A DNA stretch of 64,000 bases from Macrostomum hystrix (lineage: Eukaryota > Animalia > Platyhelminthes), in assembly GCA_950097015.1 (NCBI GenBank), contig CATNEN010000041.1, forward strand, positions 806,001 through 870,000, in the 5' to 3' direction. Positions 23,401-34,047 of the stretch are shown here, piece after piece. The position numbers and the translations under genes were made by a program. Positions within the stretch are counted from its first letter, which is position 1. Each line of letters opens with the position of its first letter. Under the pieces are notes generated by a model. The model saw only the letters and a list, made by a program, of their open reading frames with translations. It searched no databases and was not told the origin of the DNA.

Positions 23401-23455
23401 GAAGGCCGTCGCTCCACAGGTTCTTGAGCCTTTCCTGGGAGTAGCTGGAAGACAT
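17498..23455 (-). CDS. 11-exon gene (~820 aa): MIF4G-like helical N-terminus plus class I SAM methyltransferase. Exons 23455-23235, 23112-23032, 22956-22900, 22814-22773, 20224-20040, 19971-19806, 19693-19610, 19530-19474, 19245-19106, 19058 (or 19034)-18011, 17926-17498. Exon 1 carries a 44-bp insertion
   Basis: Ten GT-AG introns with matching phases give one continuous frame once the insertion is discounted. Motif I VLSVGCGPGS, CVGVD, FDLVVLSF and LLRTDGVICLID identify the methyltransferase fold. The MIF4G call is by eye. Confidence 0.75.
20251..21493. repeat. 28-bp minisatellite, ~44 copies (copy B)
   Basis: Direct tandem periodicity. Confidence 0.98.
21494..22720. repeat. 20-bp minisatellite, ~61 copies, with a 293-bp higher-order repeat (copy B)
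   Basis: A shortened gggtatgg unit recurs at 21846, 22139 and 22432. Confidence 0.95.
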
Positions 23456-24434
23456 GATGCTTGCTGCTTAGGATTAGAAGCTTTGCTCTTGAAGGTCTTG
23501 ACGCTTGTGTATCGCTTGTCGGAATTCTCAAGGTCACTGCTCAAATCATGCAGCATTAGCTCCTAGTCTCTATGCAGCAAGCTTATTTCCAAGAAATTAG
23601 GCAAGCGCGACTTAAGTAGCTACGAAATGGATTTCTAAGAAATTATTTGAACTTCAAAGAGAGAAATGTGAGCTGAGGTTGACATCTATGAGCTGACAAG
23701 CCATTGTTTTTTAAGTACTCAAATTGTACACACAATTGTACACTCAAATTGTATCACACACATAGAGAGTGCTTGCAAACAGTGTAATAGTAATAGTAAT
23801 AGTAATAGTAAAACTATTACTGAACTGTGAGCAAGCGCAGCCAGTTCTTTGAGACAGGCAGAAAGCAGCAACTAAGCTCCTATGCCGCAGCCAGTTCACT
23901 CTGGACTGCATTCATCGATTTCTGTTTTATTGCCGGTGGGGCTGCACAGGGGTCGGTAGCAATTCATCGTGCGGTCTTCTATGAGGGCGCAAGTACATTA
24001 TTCAAGAACAGAGGAGGGGTGCAGAATGGTAATGACAATTCGCGTGAGGGATTGTGCATAGAAATGTGAGCACACTAAAGCGGAACTTTCTAACAGTCTT
24101 CAGCTGGTAGTGACGCTCTGATCTACCATTTGAAACAGTTTTCTATTAGGGCCTTTTCTTAGGCCTCAATATCCTTAAAAAAAATTTACTTTTATTTTGA
24201 AATTCACAAAGTTTCAATTATTGATTGAAAACATTGCATGAGGAAGTATCCTTGGCTTCCATTTGATTGTTGCTAACAGAACATCCGCTGCAGAAAATTG
24301 CAGCTGCATGCCTCGTGACTCTTGAATACAAACCAGGAGGATTCGTACCAACAAAACCTAAAATCCCCAAAGGCCAATGAAACAGGTTTAGTCAGCCTCT
24401 GAAACTCCTCTCTGGCGCTTCAAAGCGACATCTC

Positions 24435-24935
24435 GGATCACCTGAGATACAGTCAGCAGGGATCACCTGAGATACAGTCAGCAGGGATCACCTGGGATAC
24501 AGTCAGCAGGGATCACCTGAGATACAGTCAGCAGGGATCACCTGAGATACAGTCAGCAGGATCACCTGAGATACAGTCAGCAGGGATCACCTGAGATACA
24601 GTCAGCAGGGATCACCTGGGATACAGTCAGCAGGGATCACCTGAGATACAGTCTGCAGGGATCACCTGAGATACAGTCTGCAGGGATCACCTGAGATACA
24701 GTCAGCAGGGATCACCTGAGATACAGTCTGCAGGGATCACCTGGGATACAGTCAGCAGGGATCACCTGAGATACAGTCAGCAGGGATCACCTGAGATACA
24801 GTCTGCAGGGATCACCTGAGATACAGTCAGCAGGGATCACCTGAGATACAGTCAGCAGGGATCACCTGAGATACAGTCAGCAGGGATCACCTGAGATACA
24901 GTCAGCAGGGATCACCTGAGATACAGTCAGCAGGT
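24435..24935. repeat. 25-bp minisatellite, ~20 copies (copy B)
   Basis: Direct tandem periodicity. Confidence 0.97.
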
Positions 24936-25384
24936 CGCCTGATGGTCCGCTACAATTTTATAATAAATCTCATCGAAAGGCGAGAACCCAAGCGCTGAAG
25001 AAAAATAACTGTATGGATAAAGAATGAAGGAAATGTCATGAGGGCTAGAATGCACTCATCTAGGAACAAAATCTACACTACCGAGGTTCAGCATAAAGTT
25101 TATGCAAATTCTTTAAGTTAACAAGGGTGTCGTTTATAAAAAGAGAGACAAAATAAGAAAAAAGATTTGGTCGAATGCATTCTAAACTGCCTTTCACCCG
25201 ATCATATTAAAGTGACCTGGATTTTATGTCGACATGGAACTCCCCGATCTGCAGCAGATTGACATGGAACTCCCCGATCATCGATCGACACGGAATGTTG
25301 AATCGCTTGGTCAAAGCTCCGGTCAGCCGCTTCAGTCTGCTCCGGCGGCTCCGGCTGCGGTTGGTCTTGCTCCGCTGGCAGACC

Positions 25385-26322
25385 TCATGCGGGTTGCCGC
25401 TGGTTCGCAAGAGGCAGTGAGGTGACTGCGAGGAGTGACGAGAAGTCAAATAAAGCTTCTTGGGATCGAAAGCTAAAGATCATCCTGAAGATCGATATCG
25501 TTGGACTCGGGTTCAGAATCAACGCTGGGTCCATCCAAGTCCTCCATTCGGTATTCGTCGGACATATCAGACAGTGATTCGTCACTTGCCCTGTACCAAG
25601 GGCGGTCACTCCGCCAAATCCCCAGTCTGCTTCAGAAGTCAGATCCCATTCACAATCCCATTCAGAAGTTCCTTCCACTTTCTCTACCGCTTCCTGAGGC
25701 AAAAAGAGCTCCGGTCCGTGACCACACGGTCCGTGTCACTGCTGACCGCCTCTAGCCCAAAAAGTCTGGGGTCAAGCAGAGCCACCGCAGCGGCGCCGTC
25801 GATAACGAAGACTCGTCCTCCTTCGCCTAGCAACCATGGGATTTTACACTCAACGAAGTGAAATCTGCGCTTCACATCCGCAAAGCTGAGAATGATGAGG
25901 TTGAAATGATCATGCCAAGAAATGCTATTGACGAATTGTTCCATGTCGGAGCGGAGAAATTCCAGAGTGACCGGAATCCTTGACGAGATCAAGGTCTTCT
26001 TGGTCCGCAGCTGTTCCAAAGGCCATTAGTACAGATCCACACCAGTGCAGTGCACGCTCCGAATACACAGGCTGGACTTCTGATCGGCATTCTGCAGCAG
26101 CTGCACGAAGGCCAGCAGATCGCTGCCAGGACCTCAGCCTAGAGTCAGCACCTTGTAGTTAGCACCGGCTAGCCAAGATTGCAGACTTCAGCGGCTCCCT
26201 CATCAGTTCACGCGCTTCCTCGGCAGCTCCTTGTCGGCACAGTCGCTCCGAAAGCTCTTGTCCGCGTAGAAGCGCAGGCTGTTCTTTCCGCGGCTCGCCA
26301 GCCACTCCCCGAAAAGCGACAT
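25385..26322 (-). pseudogene. Class I SAM methyltransferase pseudogene, copy B
   Basis: VLTLG*GPGSDLLAFVQLLQNADQ...HCTGVDLY*WP...FNLIILSF; stops at 26134-26136 and 26026-26028 are at the same codons as in copy A. Confidence 0.8.
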
Positions 26323-28497
26323 TTCTATTGCAGCTCATTCACAATGGCTGCAACTGATTTTAATGTTAAAATGTTACCACAGCCCCCTGCTCAACTGAGT
26401 TGTTTTCTACAGCCCCCTACCTACAGCTTTAGTATTTTACTCTATACGGTGTACTCCAGACTCCAGACTGAACACCAGGTCGTGATTTATGTTGTGCAAT
26501 TGTTAAGCATTGTTTAATGAATACTGAATTTTTTGTAGTTTTACAGTAGCCATAAAAGCATTGTTTCCCTGTACAAATTGTACAATTAGCTTACCTCTGT
26601 GAGAAAATTAACAGTTCGTTTCATTTTCACTTTTTTCTTCAAGTCAGAGAAAATGTTTTTCGATAAACTACTCTAAGTAGTACAATTTGCTTGAGGTGGC
26701 CTTCAGAACTAGCATTGTGTGCTATCATTCAGAGTGCAGTAAGGGTAGTTAAATCGCCACCTGAACTCTCGAACTAATGGCTGCTTGAGCTGCTGTCACA
26801 CAACAGGGCGAAAAGATTGCCCCGAGTGAAGGGCGGGAAAGCCTGACCGGCTAACAATGAGACTGGTTCATTGTTCATTGGCTGCAGACATGTTCCATTG
26901 TTCGACACACGACCGTCAAGTAGACAGAACCAACTGCTGGGGATATTCATGGAAAAATAAGATCACAGGAGGCCACGAGGCATTGTTGTGAGAGTTCACG
27001 GGAAGAAAAACAGCAAAAAATGGTCAGGGTACTGGTTCTACGCGCGCGTCCCGTCGTGGGACGACGAAAATAAGAAGCGCCTTGTTGCCTATTTTTTAAT
27101 TCACAGCTTGTAATTAGAAAGAGAAAATGCATTTTGCCTGATTTGGTTTAAAAATAGTTCCATGGGTCTGAGTTTTAGACATGCTTTCGGTGATGATTTG
27201 CGAGTATGTGTCCAGAAACATAACTAGCATTTTAGGACTCTAGCATTTTTTCTTGCCCAGCCCGGTAGTTTTCAGTCTGCTCGTTTGCGGAAATTAGAAA
27301 ACAGAACAGGGAAATCGATTTTCATTGCTGGTACGCACTTTCACTGATATTGACATGGACGTGGGTGAATGAGGGACCAATGATCGGTTATAAGTGCTTG
27401 AATGTCTATGGTCACGAGTGCGCGCAATCACGATTGCATTCATGATCCTCGTAGATGATCTTGCCCATAGACTAAAGACTATAGGGCATCATACGATGCA
27501 ACTGTCCTCGATGGCAATGTTACTCTTTTCCATAGACTGATCTTAGTCATTTCTTAGCTTTTTGTTAAACGCACTCAAATATTTTGTTCGAAATTGTTGC
27601 TTTCTAGAGACCATAGACAAAGGCGCGATTCCTTAGGTTTGTACTTTAAGTGTCTAGTTAAGCGAAGTGTACTTTACCGAACTGTAACCTTCGTTTTTTC
27701 TGGACTATTGATTGCAGTCTGAGGGGATGGCCAGTAGAATAAAACTTCGATACGAAGCCCAACTGAGTCCTTTATTAGAGACTAAAGACTCGCCTGTCGG
27801 ATGCATGTTTGCAGTCGTTGCGCATTCAGTTGTGCCACGTGAACTGTTCTGTTGATTCAGTCGCCGGGGGCACCCAATTAAGTTTTCATACTGCAAACAG
27901 GCGGTGCTAGCAGCTGGGCATATCTGATGAAGCCCGGGCTGCTGCTGCTGCTGCTGCTGCTGAAAGTGCACCGCTTGGCGAGAAGTCGATAATGGCATCC
28001 AGCAATAAAATTTCTGACAAGCGGGCGCAGTAAGGCAGCTTATTTGTACACAGTAAGGCAGCTCTCAAAATGATCCTTGATTGAATTCGAAAAGCACAAG
28101 GCTCATTAGCAATGGGTTATGTGGAAGCGCATAACAATTGAAAGTACAGAAACTTTCACGAGAAAGCTATCTAAAAATGATCTATACATCCATGCTAAAC
28201 CAAACTCAGCTGGATAAAAAGTCGGCTGGTTGCCCTAGGAAACATCAAACTTTGTCAGGTGCAAGAAATAATGCAAAAAAAACGTTTCAAAAATTTAGAC
28301 CTTTTATTACCATTGTGCATTAGAGCTCGGAGGCGGCAGGAGAAGAATCAGGACGGGCTAAAAATAGAGCCAGCGTCTGAGACAATGGGATCCTCATAAT
28401 AGCCAATGCCACACCATGCGGGGCAGTCTATGTAAATGGAAGTTTCTCCCAAAACAGAGAGGCTCAACTTTTCCAGTCTAGGAACTCTCTGAACCGG

Positions 28498-30640
28498 ATG
28501 CGGCCTCTGAGCTCCACACTGCTTTTGCTTGGCCTGCTGCTTGGGCCCAGCCTCTCGGAGGCCTCATCAGCGCAGACAAGCTGTGTGGCCTCTAGGATGC
28601 GCCTGCAGCCGGTCCGAGGACTCTGCATCTCCAACACCTCTGCCGCAGGCGTCCGTCCGAGGCCTTCAGTCAACGCAGCTGCCTGCGCCCTACTCTGTGC
28701 AGTCGAGGCCACGTGCTCGGTCGCCGAATTCGACAGCGAAGCCTCCGTCTGCAGAATGGGAACCGCCTGCGACTTGCGCAACCTCTGGACGGCTGGCACC
28801 GGCGACAGCGGCTGCAACACTTGGCTGGTAGAGGACCGGACCGCCTGCCACAATAGCATTGCAGATGCAACTCGGAGCACAACAGCCACAACTCCGACAA
28901 CAACAACAAGTCCGACAACAACAACAAAAACTCCGACAACAACAACAACTCCGACAACAACAACTCCGACAACAACAACAACAACTACGACAACAACAAC
29001 AACAACAACTCCGACAACAACAACTCCGACAACAACAACTCCAACAACTTCAACAACAGCCACAACTACAACTCCGACCACAACTACAACTCCGACCACA
29101 ACTACAACTCCGACCACAACTACAACTCCGACCACAACTACAACTCCGACCACAACTACAACTCCGACCACAACTACCACAACTCCGACCACAACTACCA
29201 CAACTCCGACCACAACAACCACAACTCCGACCACAACAACCACAACTCCGACCACAACTACAACTCCGACCACAACAACCACAACTCCGACCACAACTAC
29301 CACAACTCCGACCACAACTACAACTCCGACCACAACTACAACTCCGACCACAACTACCACAACTCCGACTACAACTACCACAACTCCGACCACAACTACA
29401 ACTCCGACCACAACTACCACAACTCCGACCACAACAACGACAACTCCGACCACAACTACCACAACTCCGACCACAACAACCACAACTCCGACCACAACTA
29501 CCACAACTCCGACCACAACTACAACTCCGACCACAACTACCACAACTCCGACCACAACTACTACAACTCCGACCACAACTACAACAGCAGCTAAAACAAC
29601 TCCAACAACAACTTCAACAATAACGACTCCATCAACAACCACAACAACTTCGACATTGACTACCCCGAAATCAACTGTGCCGACCCCTACAACGCCATCA
29701 GCGGAAATAACATTTCGTAAGAGCCAAACTTTCCAGTTTTCTTGCATATTTAGATTTGTGGTTGGCGTATTTAAAGCGCTTTAATAAAGTGGCCCACTAG
29801 ACAGTAGGAGAAATCAGACCTCTGATTAAAGATCCGGCCCACTCCACAGCCGCTGGAAGCTCTGCACTCCAGACCTACATGCCTCCCCTACCGGGCGCCT
29901 GCTATAGAATTCGTGCGTGGGGCGCCCGAGGCGGCTCAAACGGTGGGTTCAATTCGGGTGGCAACGGCGCCTTCAAGGAGGCAAAATTCGTGCTTAGCGG
30001 TGTCCAGCTAACAGTGGTTGTTGGTGAGGCCGGCAGCGACGCCAGTAACAGTAATGGTGGCGCGGGCGGTGGAGGCGGCAGCTTTGTGTATGAGGCCTCG
30101 TCGACTTCGCTGCTCCTAGCAGCCGGTGGAGGTGGCGGAGCGGCCGAATCCTCAGCGGGGGTGGCGGGCGCCATCGGGCTGGATGGAGCCGCCTCCGCAA
30201 ACGTCGACAGCTACCAGGGCAGCGGCGGCACTGCTGGGAACGGCGCGCCCGCCGCTTCAAATACCTGCTGCGGTGGCAAAGGCGGCGGTGGCGCGGGCTG
30301 GCTGAGCAACGGCGGCTCCCAGAGCGGAGGCACCAACGGCGGTGGTGGCGCCTCACGCACAAGCGGCTGGGGCGGCGGCACCTCCTCGGGCAACGCGGGC
30401 CCCGGCGGCTTCGGTGGCGGTGGCGGCGGAGGAAAAAAGACCAGCAGCGCTGGAGGAGGGGGCGGCGGCGGCGGCTACTCGGGAGGCGGCGCTAGCGGCA
30501 GCGGTGGCGAGGGAGGCGGCGGCGGTAGCAGCTTCGCCGCAGCCGGGGCCGCAGGCATCCAGGGAACTGTCGGTGGAAACAGCCAGGCCGCCGGGCAAGT
30601 GAGCATCCAGTTGATCGGGCCGGCGTCGCTGTGTGCCTGA
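28498..30640 (+). CDS. Secreted protein (~669 aa): signal peptide, PAN/apple-like Cys domain, Thr/Pro mucin stalk, ALK/LTK-type glycine-rich domain; exons 28498-29716 and 29850-30640
   Basis: Hydrophobic N-terminus; CALLC...C...F......C pattern; PT5-6 repeats; phase-1 GTAAG...CAG intron joins the two ORFs in frame; YRIRAWGARGG...LTVVVGEAG...GGGGGSFV...LLLAAGGGGG matches the ALK/LTK Gly-rich domain pattern. Confidence 0.85.
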
Positions 30641-31799
30641 GACCATTGGTCTGAACTCTGGACATCTGGATCATCGTTGCTACTATGCATGGCTGAAACT
30701 GTAAAAATTCTTCACTCGATCCAAGCATGCCCCGCCAGCCCCTTGCTGGAATCCCTGCCTGCCTTGAATGCCTTTGCTTCAACAAGACGGATAAGATAGA
30801 TTCACTCGGTTAAAAAAGATCAAGTCTGATCAAAGGCTTAAAGTAAAACTGTTTTCTACGCCTGAAAACACAGTTTGGAGAGGATATTTTGCAAGAAGCA
30901 AATCAAAAGCCGAATCTGCTTATTCTGAAGCTGTGTATATTGGTAGACAAACAGATTAACAAAAAGTTTATTACAGCTCTGGTGGACGGGCTATAATTTC
31001 GTGCTAAAATAGCTGCTACAATAACTTTCGTGCTACAACAACAACTGGCCTCCTAAAGATTAGCAAGCTAAGAGGCGCGATGGGCCAGCAAGGCCCAGTA
31101 TAGTTAATGTACATCGCAATAGAATGGTATCTAGTGCTGGAGCATCAGACAAAACTCGAACTACTAAATAACTAAGAACTAGGAAATAAAGCAACATTTT
31201 ATAAATTAAAGACAACCGCAAGTCTAGAACGACATAAACTCAGGATACTACTCAATAATAGTGAGTAGCAACATGCGCACTTAAAACATCACACATATTT
31301 TTGTGACCTCAGACAACAGTAGAATTGCAGGCGAAAATGCAGAGATCAGCAGACACAGCAGATGCAGGCAGTCCAAGCAGTATTGAATATTTCATTCAGT
31401 AATTCAACAATCAACTATTTAAGCTCTGGTCATATAACAGAAAATATATAAGAATAACTAACTGATAGGCATATTGCAGAGCAGTTTGGGTTAAGCGCTT
31501 GGGGTTGTATAGAGATAACAAAGACACAAGCAGATTATAGCCATCTGAAGAGTGCGAGCTTATTTGCGGAACAGATAAACTGGATTAGCAGCATTCGGTT
31601 TCCTGTAAAACTGGCAAGATCTAAAAACTAAATATATTTATAATTCTCAATTCTATTGGTCACTATTGTACACCCGAGATAGTAGGAAAAGGCTAAAGAG
31701 GAAATACTTCCCATACGATGAGGGGTAGAGATACAACTCGGATCGAAGAGATAATCCAATAGACCGCACGGCAGCAGACCACATTGACAATGGATAGAT

Positions 31800-32030
31800 A
31801 GGCAGGGAGAGATGGGGCAGGGAGAGATGGGGCAGGGAGAGATGGGGCAGGGAGAGATGGGGCAGGGAGAGATGGGGCAGGGAGAGATGTGGCAGGGAGA
31901 GATGTGGCAGGGAGAGATGAATTAGGGGGCAGGGAGAGATGAGGTAGGGGGTAGATAAGAGGCAGGGAGAGATGTGGCAGGGAGAGATGTGGCAGGGAGA
32001 GATGAATTAGGGGGCAGGGAGAGATGAGGA
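31800..32030. repeat. Purine-rich ~15-bp tandem repeat (ggcagggagagatgg)
   Basis: Direct periodicity. Confidence 0.9.
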
Positions 32031-32178
32031 AGTTCGTTATTGGCTAGGGGGCTGGAGGTTGCCAACCGCTAGGAGACAGGAGACCATGGATAGTTGGACA
32101 CAGACAGTCTGGATGCACCTGGGAAATCTGAGGTGTGAATTGCACAATGGGAAAAAATCGCGCAGTTTGAAATCTCCT

Positions 32179-32793
32179 CTACTCGGCGCTCTCTACATCG
32201 TCCTCCTCTTCGGCGGCGCGGGCCCTGGCCATGAGTACGGCCTGGAACTCGTTGTAGTGCTGCCGGCGGAGCGCGTCGAACCGGCGCCGGTGCTCGCGCT
32301 CCTCCTCGGTCAGCTCCGAGTCATCGGCGTCAGCATCGTGATTCACTTCGCTGTCTGGAGCTTCTTCGCTCTCATCGGCGAGAGCCTCCGCCTCGGCCAC
32401 CGTCACCTCCAGCCGCTGTGCCAAAACGTCCGGCTGGATGGAGTCGCTGAAGCTGGCCCGACGCCGGTGCGACTTGACGCCGCTGCAGGACTCGCTCTCC
32501 GATGCCTCAGCGTCGCTGCCGCCGCCAGTCGACGAAGCAATGGACGCCTCATATGGCGTCGGCGCTTCGTCGATCTTCATGTGGCCATAGTCCTTGTCGT
32601 TCGGGTGGTAAGTGCGCAGGATATTCATCTCGTCCCACTGGAACAGCTTGCGGCCATCTGCGTCTGTGGGGCACTCAGCCGATGTCGATGGTGGCGTGGG
32701 CTCAGACTGCTGCCGCAGTGAGGAGCCACTGCAGTCAAAGCTGGCGCGGTGCTTCAGGATGCCTTTGCGAGGCTGGTTGGCGTGTGCCATCAA
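32179..32793 (-). CDS. PPP1R2: Protein phosphatase 1 inhibitor-2, intronless CDS
   Basis: KGILK (SILK motif), WDEMNILRTYHPNDKDYGHMKIDEAPTPY (IDE motif, GSK3 TP site), RRQHYNEF (HYNE motif). Confidence 0.95.
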   Translation of the reverse strand: MMAHANQPRKGILKHRASFDCSGSSLRQQSEPTPPSTSAECPTDADGRKLFQWDEMNILRTYHPNDKDYGHMKIDEAPTPYEASIASSTGGGSDAEASESESCSGVKSHRRRASFSDSIQPDVLAQRLEVTVAEAEALADESEEAPDSEVNHDADADDSELTEEEREHRRRFDALRRQHYNEFQAVLMARARAAEEEDDVESAE

Positions 32794-33380
32794 TGCTGTT
32801 GTTGAGGCTGAGAGTGAAGGTCGACCGATTGAAAACAGGTACTACATCCACAGGCTATGTGACAAGTTTTATATTTTTAACCATTTCTGAAACCTCTAGG
32901 ACAGAACTTCTCATTGCCAGTCTCAGTAATCTACAAATAACCTTAGGTCTGGGTTTTGAGTTTATTATCACTAGCTACTCTTGCTCTTTCTACCTTTTAC
33001 TAATTATAATTGTTGTTGCTTTGAAATATTAGGTGTAGCTACTATGAACAGTTTGGTCCTATTGTTGCCTTTAGATGATTTAATTACTATAACTATAAGC
33101 TATATCTAGTTTTAATCAACTGATAAATAGGGTTTGACAATGTAATGGCTAGATTGAAATATATAAAGGATTATAGATGTTTTTAAATAGAAATGTGATT
33201 TATCAGCTATGTAGTTTAAATGTTTAAGTATTTAAATCCAAAGAAGCTAAGAAAATTGCTCACACGCCCAATGATAATCACAGCTGCTTAAGCATGCCAA
33301 ATAGACAACAGTATTAATCTTCAGTATCTGCTACTATGCCATGGATTGGCTATGTCTTCTGAGATACTATCCTTTTTAAA

Positions 33381-34047
33381 CATATGTGACTTTTGCCACA
33401 TGTTAAACTGCTTGTTATGCATAGTCTGCATTTGCATGTTAAACTGCATGTTAAACTCTGCTATGTTAATGTTAAACTCTTGCATGCTAAACTCTTGTTA
33501 TTCTGCATGTTAAACTGCATTGAAATGCTCTTGCATCTCACATAACTGCCCACTAAACTCAGATTTGCTAGATATGAAATTTTTAACTATTTAGGCCTAA
33601 ACTAATAGACACAGCAATATACAAATTTAGAACGGTAACGGTAAGTAAAGTAACATATGGTTTATGTGCAGTTTAATGTGCAGTCTGTCCCACACAGTAA
33701 ATAGGCCTATACCATGGGTTTATATACTACTGACTATTAACTCGTGAAGTATGAAATATGTTGTTTAATAGGCCTACTTTAATACAAGGTCAGTCCTGCA
33801 CACTCAATATGTTTAAGTATATTACTAATTAATTACTAGTTGCATTTGAGGCATAAGCCAGTATATTAGTATATAGGACAGACTGCACATTAAACTGCAT
33901 ATTAATTACCATTTAAAAATTTTTGCATTGCTTTGTACATTGGTTTAAATAGTCAAAAATTCACATCTAGCAAATCAGAGTTTAGTTAGTGGTTTGAGAT
34001 GAGTAAACATTTCAATGCAGTTAAACATGCAACAAAAGTCATATATG
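33381..34047. repeat. Long imperfect inverted repeat (foldback/MITE-like)
   Basis: Perfect 24-bp inverted repeat at 33667-33690 / 33876-33899, with further matching blocks out to 33381 / 34047. Confidence 0.75.

Larger units (their letters stand above)
19248..28574. repeat. Segmental duplication copy B
   Basis: Colinear with 1-9873; duplicated ORFs in the track (599/19846, 4927/23827, 7469/26179, 9072/27705). Confidence 0.97.

Noticed and set aside
28464-29747. Val-rich antisense ORF and Gln-rich alternative frame
   Set aside because: Shadows of the Thr/Pro mucin repeat.
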